A DNA stretch of 63,721 nt from assembly GCA_034667685.1 (NCBI GenBank), contig JAXDQU010000122.1, positions 1-63,721 of the forward strand, written 5' to 3'. The position numbers and the translations under genes were made by a program. Shown piece by piece: positions 1 to 8,646 of this stretch (position 1 is the first letter of the stretch; each line of letters begins with the position of its first letter). The stretch comes from Thermoplasmata archaeon. Lineage in GTDB: Archaea > Thermoplasmatota > SW-10-69-26 > JACQPN01 > JAJPHT01. Under the pieces are notes generated by a model that worked only from the letters and a program-made list of their open reading frames with translations, did not search any database and was not told where the DNA came from.

Positions 1-33
1 AGCCCTGAGTCCGGAGTCCAGAGCCCCGAGCCC
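1..33. repeat. Right arm of a 7-nt-unit iterated palindrome (family A), truncated by the window edge
   Basis: agccctgagtccggagtccagagccccgagccc matches the right arms at 34680-34753 and 48617-48687. Confidence 0.75.
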
Positions 34-86
34 GGTGTTTCTGCTTGGGGAATCCTTCATGACGGGGTTCCGGCATCCGGTGCCCG

Positions 87-239
87 ATGAAGCCGAAGGG
101 CGGGAAGCTGCCTTCCATCAGCGTCGAGGGCCGTAGCGAGGCGAAGGTGGAGGTCCGCGACGGGAAGATCGTCAAGGTCTGCGCGGCGTGCGCGACCATC
201 CTGGACCGCGCGACGGGGCGCTGCCCCAACGGGCACTAG
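87..239 (+). CDS. Small Zn-finger-like protein, 50 aa (not in ORF track)
   Basis: MKPKGGKLPSISVEGRSEAKVEVRDGKIVKVCAACATILDRATGRCPNGH: CxxC...CPxxH, GC3-rich codons; its stop overlaps the convergent ORF's stop at CTAG 236-239. Confidence 0.6.
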   Translation: MKPKGGKLPSISVEGRSEAKVEVRDGKIVKVCAACATILDRATGRCPNGH

Positions 240-355
240 GCGAGCACGGGCGGACGCACCGCCGATTCTTCCCGCAGCGCCCGGAGCATCGCGGCGTCGC
301 GGGCGTGGCGCTCGCACCAGTCTTCTTCGGAGCCTTCGGGGTAATGGCAGGGCAT
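236..355 (-). CDS. Small hypothetical protein, 39 aa (not in ORF track)
   Basis: MPCHYPEGSEEDWCERHARDAAMLRALREESAVRPPVLA; G-run upstream; stop shares CTAG with the convergent ORF. Confidence 0.4.
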   Translation of the reverse strand: MPCHYPEGSEEDWCERHARDAAMLRALREESAVRPPVLA

Positions 356-482
356 CGGCCCCCCCGTGGACCTGGCAGGCTTTGAGCCCTACGACCAGGG
401 ACTCCGTCCCGAAACGGCTTCTCGGGAGCGCCCTGGACCCGTCAGGGCCACGGCTTAAGCGCGACGGCGCCGTGCCCCGGGC

Positions 483-872
483 GTGCAGGTCCCCCCCAGC
501 GTCGCGGCCTTCGCGAAGCGCCACCAGGCCGAGCGCGCGCTCCAGCCCGAGGGCCCGCTGATCCCGTTCCTGATGCGGCTGCACGACGGCCTCCCGCCTG
601 GGGGGGTCGCGGTGGTCGCGGACGTCGTCTGGCAGACCGCCCCCACGCCCGCCCTGGCACGCGCGTTCGCTCCGGCCCCGGGCGGCGAGAAGGTGCGCCC
701 CATCGAGGGGTGGGAGATGCAGGCCGAGCACGCGGGCTTCGCGATCGTGGAGAAGCTCGACGTGCCGCGCGCGGAATGGGCGCCGCACGAGGGCCCCGCG
801 CGGCGCGAAGCGATCGAGGCCGACGAGCGTGGCGCGGCGCGGCTCGTGGCCTGGGCGCTGCGGAGGACCTGA
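483..872 (+). CDS. Hypothetical protein
   Basis: 129 aa ORF; CTTAAG box at 454-459; TGATG coupling to the next gene. Confidence 0.65.
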   Translation: MQVPPSVAAFAKRHQAERALQPEGPLIPFLMRLHDGLPPGGVAVVADVVWQTAPTPALARAFAPAPGGEKVRPIEGWEMQAEHAGFAIVEKLDVPRAEWAPHEGPARREAIEADERGAARLVAWALRRT

Positions 873-1540
873 TGCGCCTCGTCCTCTTCGGCGCGACCGG
901 CATGGTCGGCCGCGGCGCGCTCCTGGAGGCCCTCGACGATCCGGCCGTCACGCGCGTGCTCGCTGTGGGCCGGCGCCCCGTGGACCTCCAGCACCCGAAG
1001 CTGGAGCAGGCCACGCACGAGGACTTCACGGACTTCGGGCCCCTCGCGCCGCGCCTCGCGGGGTACGACGGCTGCCTCTTCTGCCTGGGCGTGAGCGCGG
1101 TGGGCATGAGCGAGGCGGACTACACGCGCGTCACGCACGACTTCACGTTGGCCGCCGCGCGCGCGTTCCTCGCGGCGAATCCGGGCAGCGCGTTCGTCTA
1201 CGTCTCGGGCCAGGGCACCGGGTCGAGCAGGCAGATGTGGTCGCGCGTCAAGGGGCGCACCGAGGAGGAGCTGCTCGCGATGCCCTTCGGCGCGGCGTAC
1301 ATGTTCCGCCCCGGCTTCATCCGCCCCGAGCGCGGCGTCCGCTCCAGCACGCGCGCCTACCGGATCGCCTACGCCGTGCTGCGGCCCTTCGGCGGCCTGC
1401 TCCAGCGCATGGCGCCCGGCAGCGCCACGACCACCACGCGCGTCGGGCGGGCCATGCTCCAGTGCGTGGAGAAGCGGCCCGCGCTGCGCCTCGTCGAGAC
1501 GCGTGATATCAACCGGCTCGCGGCCGAGCGCGGCACCTGA
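872..1540 (+). CDS. NAD(P)-binding Rossmann-fold epimerase/dehydratase-like protein
   Basis: MRLVLFGATGMVG glycine motif, CLFCLG, FVYVSG, FRPG. Confidence 0.9.
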   Translation: MRLVLFGATGMVGRGALLEALDDPAVTRVLAVGRRPVDLQHPKLEQATHEDFTDFGPLAPRLAGYDGCLFCLGVSAVGMSEADYTRVTHDFTLAAARAFLAANPGSAFVYVSGQGTGSSRQMWSRVKGRTEEELLAMPFGAAYMFRPGFIRPERGVRSSTRAYRIAYAVLRPFGGLLQRMAPGSATTTTRVGRAMLQCVEKRPALRLVETRDINRLAAERGT

Positions 1541-1653
1541 TATCGCCGCGTCCTCGATCCGATGTCTCGCGGCCAGCCGGGCGGCAGGACCGAGGGAACG
1601 GCGAGAACCGTCTTAGCCGCCGTCCAGTCGAGCCTTGCCTAGGTGAACCTGAA

Positions 1654-1851
1654 ATGCTGACCGCACTTGCCGCGACGTTCGGGATGCCGGGCGGGCTCCT
1701 GGGCCTGATCGTGCTCTTCCTCGTGCTCGCGCTGATCGCCTACGTCCTGGGGGCCCGTGGGGTCGCCGGGTTCTCGATGGAGCTTGCGAGGATCCTGATC
1801 GTGGTGTTCGTGATCCTCGCCGTGCTCGCACTCATCGTAGGCGTGATCTGA
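1654..1851 (+). CDS. DUF1328/UPF0391-like small membrane protein
   Basis: Two hydrophobic helices, LIAYVLGARGVAGFSMELARIL pattern. Confidence 0.75.
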   Translation: MLTALAATFGMPGGLLGLIVLFLVLALIAYVLGARGVAGFSMELARILIVVFVILAVLALIVGVI

Positions 1852-1860
1852 CGCTCTGAC

Positions 1861-1952
1861 GAAGGGAAGAAGCGAAGACGGGAAGACGGGAAGACGGGAG
1901 GAAGGGGGCCCTTGTTCCCCAGTTCCCTTCTTCGCTTCTTCCCGTCTTCCCC
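1861..1952. repeat. Iterated palindrome family B (GAAGACGG-type 8-nt units, then the inverted pyrimidine arm)
   Basis: gaagacgggaagacgggaagacggg ... ttcttcccgtcttcccc; between convergent genes; related copy at 9486-9578. Confidence 0.75.
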
Positions 1953-1960
1953 ACCATCTG

Positions 1961-3523
1961 TTACTTCCGCCGCAGCAGGAGCGCGAGCGCGATGGCACCG
2001 AAGACGAGGGCCGGAGCCTCGAAGCCCGGCGCGGGGCGCGTCGCCTGCGTGAGCGGCGAAGCCGAGGCGGGCGCGAGCGCGCCGGGCGCCGCCTTGGCGT
2101 GGAAGACGATGGGCGCGCCGGGGCCGTCGGGGCCCGCGAAGACGACGGGGCCGATGTCCGTGGGCAGCGGATCGACGCGCACCACGTAGTCGCCCGCGTC
2201 CGGGAAGACGACGACGGCCTTCGTGTCGCCCGAGTCGTGCGTGTGCAGCTTGAAGTTGTAGAGCGCGGGCTTGCCAGCCTGGCCGATGGTCACGTCGACC
2301 TCGCTGTGCTGGATCGGACCGGCCTGGTTCGACGCGCTGAACGTCAGCGTGGTGGGCTCGCCGGCGACGACCTTGTCGAGCCCCTTCACGTCGATCGTCG
2401 CGAGCCCCGCGCTGCCCATGCTCGTCGCGCTCGCCATCGCGCTGGGCGGGAGCACCTGCACGTGGAAGGGGACGCTCACCTTGTCGCCCCCGTCGTTGGC
2501 GGTGAGCATGCCGTCGTAGGCCCCGGGCACCTGCGGGACGTACAGATACTCGAAGTGCCCGTCGTACTCGTGGAGCGTGCTGCTCTGGAAGACCGTGCCG
2601 CGCGGACCGGCGAGCGTGAAGCTGAAGTCGACGTGCGGCTTGGGCATGTGGTCCGCGCCCTCGACGAGGCCCGAGAGGCGGATCGGGAAGCCCATCACGA
2701 TCTGGTTCTGCGGGTCGTACATGCCATAGAGCGTGATCGTCTTGCCCTTGGCCGTCGCGCCCGCGGGCTCCATCACGGCGGGCGGGAGCGCGGACGGGTC
2801 GGGCGCGTTGGGGAGCGCGAGCGGGCCCGCGTCGAAGGTGGCCTTGCCCAGCACCGCGGCCACGTCGGTGCTCGTGCCGGTCGCGTAGGCCTTGTACGCC
2901 GTGACCTGGAGGTCGTACGTGCCCGGCGCGTCGAACGCCTGCGTGAGCTGGATGGGCTTCTCGTGGATGTGCGCGTGCGTGCGCGAGACGAGCGCGCCGG
3001 TCCTGGCGTCGCGCCACTCGAGGAGCGCGTCGGTGTGCGGGATCGTCTTGCCCGCGGCGTCCTGGACGTCGACGACGACGTCGGCCGCGTTCCCCTCCTG
3101 CATCGCGGGGGCGAGCTTGATCGCGGCCTTGGCGACCGTCTCGTTGACGGGCATCACGGCGTCGCCCTCGAAGACGCCCATCGCCATCTTGCCGCTCATG
3201 GCCTCGACGCGGTAGTGGCCGGCGTGCGCGAAGACGAGGTCGAGGCTGAAGAGGCCGTCGTACTCGTGCGTGTCGTTGGTCTGGAACGTGGTCACGTTGT
3301 CCAGCGTGACGAGGAACGCGGCGTTCTGGTGCGGCGTGGGCGCGCCGTCCTTGTCGAGCAGCGCGAAGCCGAAGTGGGTGACGCTGCCCACCACCGCGCG
3401 GCCGGAGTTCGGCCCGTCGTGGAGGACCATCGCCATGCCCTCGCCGCCCATCATGCCCTCGTGCTGGGCCGCGGCGAGCGGCAGGAGAAGGGCGGCCGAG
3501 ACGACGAGAAGCGTGACACGCAT
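1961..3523 (-). CDS. Secreted His/Met-rich multi-domain surface protein with PGF-CTERM-like sorting signal
   Basis: Signal peptide; HEYDG motif twice; HAHIH and HTHD motifs; C-terminus PGFEAPALVFGAIALALLLRRK. Confidence 0.85.
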   Translation of the reverse strand: MRVTLLVVSAALLLPLAAAQHEGMMGGEGMAMVLHDGPNSGRAVVGSVTHFGFALLDKDGAPTPHQNAAFLVTLDNVTTFQTNDTHEYDGLFSLDLVFAHAGHYRVEAMSGKMAMGVFEGDAVMPVNETVAKAAIKLAPAMQEGNAADVVVDVQDAAGKTIPHTDALLEWRDARTGALVSRTHAHIHEKPIQLTQAFDAPGTYDLQVTAYKAYATGTSTDVAAVLGKATFDAGPLALPNAPDPSALPPAVMEPAGATAKGKTITLYGMYDPQNQIVMGFPIRLSGLVEGADHMPKPHVDFSFTLAGPRGTVFQSSTLHEYDGHFEYLYVPQVPGAYDGMLTANDGGDKVSVPFHVQVLPPSAMASATSMGSAGLATIDVKGLDKVVAGEPTTLTFSASNQAGPIQHSEVDVTIGQAGKPALYNFKLHTHDSGDTKAVVVFPDAGDYVVRVDPLPTDIGPVVFAGPDGPGAPIVFHAKAAPGALAPASASPLTQATRPAPGFEAPALVFGAIALALLLRRK

Positions 3524-3637
3524 GGCGTTCGTGGGGCAGCCTCACCACCTGGGGATGAGCCTTGTGGCAGACCGCACCCCCCTGTGCGAGGGGATTCGGG
3601 CATCGGATGACGGTTTTTGGGCCTTCGGTTGCGCCCC

Positions 3638-3705
3638 CGGGAACACGAAGGGCACGAAGACGGAAACTTCGTGCTCTTCGTGCCTTGGTGCTCTTCGTGT
3701 TCCGG
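3638..3705. repeat. Iterated palindrome family C (CACGAAG units)
   Basis: gaacacgaagggcacgaag ... cttcgtgctcttcgtgccttggtgctcttcgtgttcc; related copy at 25603-25685. Confidence 0.75.
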
Positions 3706-3712
3706 CGGGCGG

Positions 3713-3753
3713 AGGCCAAGGCTGAGGCTAAGGCTAAGGCCGGGGCTGGGGCT
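3713..3753. repeat. 6-nt tandem run, family D (GGCTAA/GGCTGA)
   Basis: aggccaaggctgaggctaaggctaaggccggggctggggct; same unit at 24160-24282. Confidence 0.65.
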
Positions 3754-3762
3754 CGGGGCGCC

Positions 3763-5109
3763 GTGGAGAAGATCCGCCCCTCCGCCACCGTGATCCTGGT
3801 CCGACGCCAGCCCACGCTGGAGGTCTACATGGTCGAGCGCTCCCTGCGGACGCGCTTCTTTCCCGGCTACCACGCCTTCCCGGGCGGCACGCTGGACCCC
3901 GCGGACGGCACGGACGACCAGGCCCGGCGCCGCGCCGCGGTGCGCGAGGTGGAGGAGGAGGTCGCCGTGCGGCTCGACCCCGCGGCGCTGATCGAGGCGG
4001 GACGGCTGCTCACGCCGCCGTTCGGGCCGCTGCGTTACGACACGTCGTTCTTCCTCGCGGAGCTTCCCGCCGGCCAGGAGCCGAAGGTCGACGGCGAGGA
4101 GCTGGTCAGCGGCGCGTGGTGGCGCCCGGCCGACGCGCTCGCGCAGTGGGAGGAGGCCGCGATGCCGATCCCGCCGCCCACGCTCGCCTATCTCCATCTG
4201 CTGACGTCGCACGCCGACCCCACCGCCGCGGCCGCCGCCGCGCGCGCGACCGACGGCCGCCCGCACCACGAGCGATTCCGCATCGAGCTGCACCCGGGCG
4301 TGTTCGCGCTGCCACTGCGCACGCGGACGCTGCCCCCCGCCACGACCACGAATTGCTATCTCTTCGACGGCGACCCGATCGTCGTCGTGGACCCGGGCAC
4401 GGACGACGCGCACGAGAACGTCGCGCTCTTCCACACGCTCGACGCGATGACGAGGGAGGGCCGCGACGGCGTCGTGGTCCTGACGCACCACCACCACGAC
4501 CACGTCGAGGGCGCCGCCGCCGTGCGCGAGCGTTACGGCTTCCGCGTGCTGGCGCACCCCGAGACACGCGCGCGGCTGCCCGAAGGGCTCGTCGACGACA
4601 CCCTGGAGGAGGGCGAGCGCCTCGACCTGGGCGTCTGGGGCCCGCGCCCTTGGCGGCTCGAGGCGCTGCACACGCCGGGCCACGCGCCGGGGCACCTCGC
4701 GCTGCGCGACGCGCGCTGGGGCGCCATCGTCGCGGGCGATCTCGTCAGCGGCGTCTCGACGATCCTCGTCGATCCGGAGGAGGGCGACATGGCGCGGTAC
4801 ATGGCCTCGCTCGCGCGCTGCGCCGCGCTCTCGCCCGCGCTCGTGCTGCCCGCGCACGGACCCGTCATGCCCGGGGGCGCCTTCGCCGCGACGCTGGCCC
4901 ACCGCGAGGTGCGCGAGCAGAAGGCGCTCGCCGCGCTCGGACCGACGCCGCGCACCGCGGAGGAGATGGTCCCCCAGGTGTACGACGACACGCCGCGCGA
5001 GGCCTGGCCGCTCGCCGAGCGCAACCTGGAGAGCGCGCTGCGCAAGCTCGCGGCGGAAGGAAATGCGATCCGCGTCGGAGACGCCTGGGCGAAGGCTGGG
5101 CAGCCATAG
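3763..5109 (+). CDS. NUDIX domain + metallo-beta-lactamase-fold hydrolase fusion
   Basis: FPGG..D...AAVREVEEE Nudix box; THHHHDH, HTPGH, AGD and PAHG MBL motifs; GTG start chosen by eye. Confidence 0.9.
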   Translation: MEKIRPSATVILVRRQPTLEVYMVERSLRTRFFPGYHAFPGGTLDPADGTDDQARRRAAVREVEEEVAVRLDPAALIEAGRLLTPPFGPLRYDTSFFLAELPAGQEPKVDGEELVSGAWWRPADALAQWEEAAMPIPPPTLAYLHLLTSHADPTAAAAAARATDGRPHHERFRIELHPGVFALPLRTRTLPPATTTNCYLFDGDPIVVVDPGTDDAHENVALFHTLDAMTREGRDGVVVLTHHHHDHVEGAAAVRERYGFRVLAHPETRARLPEGLVDDTLEEGERLDLGVWGPRPWRLEALHTPGHAPGHLALRDARWGAIVAGDLVSGVSTILVDPEEGDMARYMASLARCAALSPALVLPAHGPVMPGGAFAATLAHREVREQKALAALGPTPRTAEEMVPQVYDDTPREAWPLAERNLESALRKLAAEGNAIRVGDAWAKAGQP

Positions 5110-5150
5110 GCTCTAAACCAGCCGGCGCGCTCGCCGAACCGGGTTTTCCT

Positions 5151-5750
5151 ATGGCTGACCGCCCCGCGATCGCGCCGAGCATCACGTGCCAGAACGTGGA
5201 CAAGACGTACGACTACTTCACGCAGGTCCTGGGCTTCGCCGGGACGGGCAAGTGGGCCGGCCCCGACGGGCAGACCATGCACGCCATGGCGATCTTGCCC
5301 ACGAAGCTCGGCCAGGCGTCGGTCATGATGGGCCCGCTCGCGATGGCCACCTCGCCCATGGCGGGCGACCTGGGCGAGTTCGGCGAGAACCTCAAGAAGA
5401 GCCCGCAGACGTTGGGCAACGGCGTCGTGCTCTGGTTCAACGTCCCCGACGTCGACAAGTACTTCGCGTTCATCAAGAAGAACGGCGCGATGATCGACGA
5501 GCCGCCCACCGACCAGTTCTGGGGCGACCGCACGATCAGCGTCCGCCTGCCCGACGGCTACTACGTCACGTTCGCGAGCCCGATCAAGGGCTTCAAGGCG
5601 CCCGCGGGCATGGGCGACGCCGAGGGCGTCGGCGCCACGCAGGCGAAGGCGCCGCTCACCGGGAAGATCGCGCTCCCCCGCGCGCCCGCCAAGAAGAAGG
5701 CCGCGCCCGCGAAGAAGCCCGCCAAGAAGGGCAAGGGCAAGAAGCGCTGA
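5151..5750 (+). CDS. VOC/glyoxalase-bleomycin-resistance family protein with Lys/Ala/Pro-rich C-terminal tail
   Basis: YFTQVLGF, VPDVD, EPPTDQFWGDR, PDGY; tail APAKKKAAPAKKPAKKGKGKKR. Confidence 0.85.
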   Translation: MADRPAIAPSITCQNVDKTYDYFTQVLGFAGTGKWAGPDGQTMHAMAILPTKLGQASVMMGPLAMATSPMAGDLGEFGENLKKSPQTLGNGVVLWFNVPDVDKYFAFIKKNGAMIDEPPTDQFWGDRTISVRLPDGYYVTFASPIKGFKAPAGMGDAEGVGATQAKAPLTGKIALPRAPAKKKAAPAKKPAKKGKGKKR

Positions 5751-5789
5751 GCGATTCCACCAGCTTGATGCAGGCCCGCGCGGCGTAGG

Positions 5790-6209
5790 GTGGCGATGCT
5801 CGCCACCCTCGCCTGGGCCTGGATCGCCATCGTCGTCGCCGTCGTCTGGAAGATGGCCTTCGGCAGCGTCGTCTACGCGCGCCCCGTGCTGGGCACCTGG
5901 TGGGCCAAGCAGGTCGGCCTCGACATGGAGAACGTCCCGCGCGGCGAGGCCATGAAAGGCCTGCTCTACGCCGTGGTCTGGAGCATCGTGGGCGTCCTTC
6001 TCTTCGACGCGCTCTGGAGCTGGACCGGCGCGCACGGCGCCAGCGAGGGACTGATGGTCGGCCTCGTGGCGGGGCTCGGCCTCGCGGCCACCGCCGCGAT
6101 GGTCCACCCGCCCTTCGAGCAGCGCCCCGCGGGCATCATGTGGATGTACGGCGGCTACCACCTGGTCGAGTGGCTCGGCGTCGGGCTCATCTTCGGCCTG
6201 CTGGCGTGA
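5790..6209 (+). CDS. DUF1761-like 4-TM membrane protein
   Basis: Four hydrophobic segments; FGSVVYARPVLGTWW, FEQRP, GGYHLV. Confidence 0.7.
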   Translation: MAMLATLAWAWIAIVVAVVWKMAFGSVVYARPVLGTWWAKQVGLDMENVPRGEAMKGLLYAVVWSIVGVLLFDALWSWTGAHGASEGLMVGLVAGLGLAATAAMVHPPFEQRPAGIMWMYGGYHLVEWLGVGLIFGLLA

Positions 6210-6211
6210 GC

Positions 6212-6598
6212 CTACCGCTTCGGAGCCTTCACGACCGCGAGACCCCGGATCGTGTCGTAGTCGCGGTCGAGCGTCGCCAACGGCGCGCCGTGGAAGAGCG
6301 CGTGCGAGGCGATGAGGAGGTCGAAGGCGGGGCGCTCGATGCCCGCGTTCCGGTGCTCGACGTGCAGGTCGCCGGCGAGCCGCGCCATCGCCGGGAGGAA
6401 CGGGTCGACGTCCACCGCTTCGAGCAGCGCCTCGACCTTCTCGGCCCGCGCGGGCGTCGTGGCGCCCTTCCAAAGCTCCCAGGCGGCGAGTGCGGGGACG
6501 ACGAGCGGCCCGCGGGCGGCCTCGGCGTCGAGGAACTTCGTGGCGGCCTTCGCGCCGCGCAGGTGCGCGATCAGGACGCTGGTGTCGACGACGAGCAT
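6212..6598 (-). CDS. vapC: VapC PIN-domain toxin
   Basis: VVDTSVLI, WELWKG, FDLLIASHAL, LATLDRDY. Confidence 0.9.
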   Translation of the reverse strand: MLVVDTSVLIAHLRGAKAATKFLDAEAARGPLVVPALAAWELWKGATTPARAEKVEALLEAVDVDPFLPAMARLAGDLHVEHRNAGIERPAFDLLIASHALFHGAPLATLDRDYDTIRGLAVVKAPKR

Positions 6599-6602
6599 GG
6601 GC

Positions 6603-6815
6603 TCACTCCCGCGTGGTGCCGAACGCGTCGATGCGCTCCTTGGCGAGGCGCTTGCTCTCGGCGTCGGTCATGTCGGCCCAGCCTCCCGCGGAGTCCGCGA
6701 GCGAGCGCTTGGCCCCGAAGCGGCGCTTCACGACGTCGCTGAACGACTCCGCGGGCGAGAGCTTGGCCCCCTTGAGCAGGTTGTACGCGTCGTCGTCGAA
6801 CGAGACCGTCTTCAT
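6603..6815 (-). CDS. vapB: VapB antitoxin (UPF0330/DUF217-like)
   Basis: MKTVSFDDDAYNLLK...ESFSDVVKR, directly upstream of the PIN gene; AAATCTTATG TATA-like box about 30 nt upstream. Confidence 0.85.
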   Translation of the reverse strand: MKTVSFDDDAYNLLKGAKLSPAESFSDVVKRRFGAKRSLADSAGGWADMTDAESKRLAKERIDAFGTTRE

Positions 6816-6860
6816 GTCATCGTGCTATGACCACACGAGCCACATAAGATTTTCCGGGAT

Positions 6861-7202
6861 TCACCGATCGGGCAGCCACTTCGCGAACGCCCGCCGCGTC
6901 AGCCCCAGGAGCGGCTTGCCCTCCAGCCGCGCGACCTCGCGCCCGCCCTCGAAGCGCAGCACGGTCGGGCTGATCCGCATGCCCCACGCGTCCCACTGCG
7001 CGGGCTCGCGCTCCTCGACCAGGAGGTCTGTCGCCGCCAGGCCACGCGCCTTCGCGAGCTCGAAGAACGCGGGCCGGAACGCCGCGCCGTAGGGGCAGAT
7101 CGTGGAGCGCAGCAGGACGAGGACGGGATCGCGCTTCGCCAGCCGCTCCCGGAGACGATCGGCCTCGTGGGGCGCGAAGTCGGCGGGCGGAACGAGGGGC
7201 AC
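6861..7202 (-). CDS. Thioredoxin-fold protein (monothiol CPYG)
   Basis: STICPYG, WGMRISPTVLRFEGGREVARLEG. Confidence 0.7.
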   Translation of the reverse strand: MPLVPPADFAPHEADRLRERLAKRDPVLVLLRSTICPYGAAFRPAFFELAKARGLAATDLLVEEREPAQWDAWGMRISPTVLRFEGGREVARLEGKPLLGLTRRAFAKWLPDR

Positions 7203-7330
7203 GTGGGCGCGAGGGGGCTCCGCGATGTGAAGCTTGCCCCGCGGGCGGGGCCGGCAGCCGGCGGGTTGCCCAACTTCATGCAGCGCAGGACGATGGAGGG
7301 ACGCTCTTCGGAGCTGGAACGTGAACCCCG

Positions 7331-7525
7331 ATGCGAGCCCTCCTTCTTGCCAGCCTCTGTCTCGCCGTCCTCGTCCTCGCGCCCCTCGCCAGCGCGGAGC
7401 CGTGCGTCGATTCCTTCCGGTGCGCGCCGGGCGGCCCGCCCCTGGCGTACGCCGCGTGCAGCCAGGTCGTCGCGCCGACCCTCAACGACGTCGGCGCCGC
7501 CGTCAACTCGGTGACGTGCAACTAG
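7331..7525 (+). CDS. Small secreted Cys-rich peptide (64 aa)
   Basis: Signal peptide ending LASA; mature part EPCVDSFRC...C...C has 4 Cys; fills the gap to the etfA stop. Confidence 0.6.
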   Translation: MRALLLASLCLAVLVLAPLASAEPCVDSFRCAPGGPPLAYAACSQVVAPTLNDVGAAVNSVTCN

Positions 7526-8524
7526 TTACTCCTTCTTCAGGTATTCGAGGATGCGGGGGATGATCTCCTTCGCGTCCCCGACGAGCCCGTATTGCGCGTA
7601 GCGGAAGATGGGCGCGTCCTTGTCGGCGTTGATGCCCACGACGGTCTCCGCGTGGCGGATGCCGTAGTAGTGCTCGAACTGGCCCGACACGCCCGCCGCG
7701 ACGTAGAGCTTCGGCCGGACGTGGTGGCCCGTGGCGCCCACCTGGCGATCCTCGGGGGCGAGGCCGAACTGCACGGCGGCGCGGCTGGCGCCCCAGGCTC
7801 CGCCCAGCGCGTGCGCCAGCTCCTTCACGAGCGCGAACTCCTCCTGCGTGAAGCCCATGCCGCCCGCGACGATGACCTCGGCGCTCTCCAGCGGCTGCTC
7901 GGGGAGCGGCGCGTCCTCGATGCCCAGGAGCTGCACCTTGAGCGCGCCCTTCGGGATGCGGACCTCCAGCGTCTCGACGCTGCCGTAGCGCGAGTCGTCG
8001 GGGAAGCCGGGCCGCACGGCGCCGGGGCGGAGGCTCGCGATCTGCGGGCGGTGGCGCGGAATCGTGGCGGCGGCCTCGACGCTGCCGTCGTAGGTGAGGC
8101 GCTTGGCGACGAGCAGGCGGTCCGCGTCGTCCACGTCGAGCTTCGTGGCGTCGGAGAGCGCGCCGGTCCCGAGCGCGGCGCCCAGGCGCGGCGCGAGGTC
8201 GAGGCCCAGGGGCGTCGCGCTCATGAGCACGATCTCGGGCTTGCGCTCCTTGATGACCGGCAGCGTCGCGGCGACGTAGGCGTCGATGTTGCCGATCGCG
8301 AGCGCCTCGTCCTGCGCCAGAAGAACGATATCAGCGCCGTTGTGGATCGCCGTCTCGCCCAGCGCGGAGACCTCGGTGCCCAGGATCAGCGCCTCGACGC
8401 GGCAGCCGATCGTGTCGGCCAGCTCGCGCGCCTTCGAGAGCGCCTCCAGGCTCGTCTTGGGAAGGTGGTCGCCCCGCGTCTCCAGGACGACGAGGATGTC
8501 GCGGAAGTCGGCGCGCTGCGCCAT
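7526..8524 (-). CDS. etfA: Electron transfer flavoprotein alpha subunit
   Basis: VAGGMG, GASRAAV, QVGATG, PKLYVAAGVSGQFEH, GINADKDAPIF. Confidence 0.95.
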   Translation of the reverse strand: MAQRADFRDILVVLETRGDHLPKTSLEALSKARELADTIGCRVEALILGTEVSALGETAIHNGADIVLLAQDEALAIGNIDAYVAATLPVIKERKPEIVLMSATPLGLDLAPRLGAALGTGALSDATKLDVDDADRLLVAKRLTYDGSVEAAATIPRHRPQIASLRPGAVRPGFPDDSRYGSVETLEVRIPKGALKVQLLGIEDAPLPEQPLESAEVIVAGGMGFTQEEFALVKELAHALGGAWGASRAAVQFGLAPEDRQVGATGHHVRPKLYVAAGVSGQFEHYYGIRHAETVVGINADKDAPIFRYAQYGLVGDAKEIIPRILEYLKKE

Positions 8525-8552
8525 CAGATCACCTCCAAGGCGTATCGCCCCC

Positions 8553-8644
8553 GGAGCCGCGCTTCAGCGCGGCGCAGCGGGGCGTGTAGGGCGTATTGCC
8601 GGCTGGTACGCCAGCCGTGTCCTCGGAAGTCGGCCCGCTGCGCC
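8553..8644. repeat. Cluster of REP-like hairpins between etfB and etfA
   Basis: GGAG-CCGCGC-TTCA-GCGCGG (8553-8573); GTAG-GGCGTA...TACGCC (8586-8612); outer ggcgcagcggg/cccgctgcgcc pairing. Confidence 0.55.
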
Positions 8645-8646
8645 AT

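Noticed and set aside
360-450. Resemblance of the hairpin cluster to a c-di-GMP-I riboswitch
   Set aside because: Lacks the GNRA tetraloop/receptor and conserved junction nucleotides; kept only as a generic structured-leader candidate
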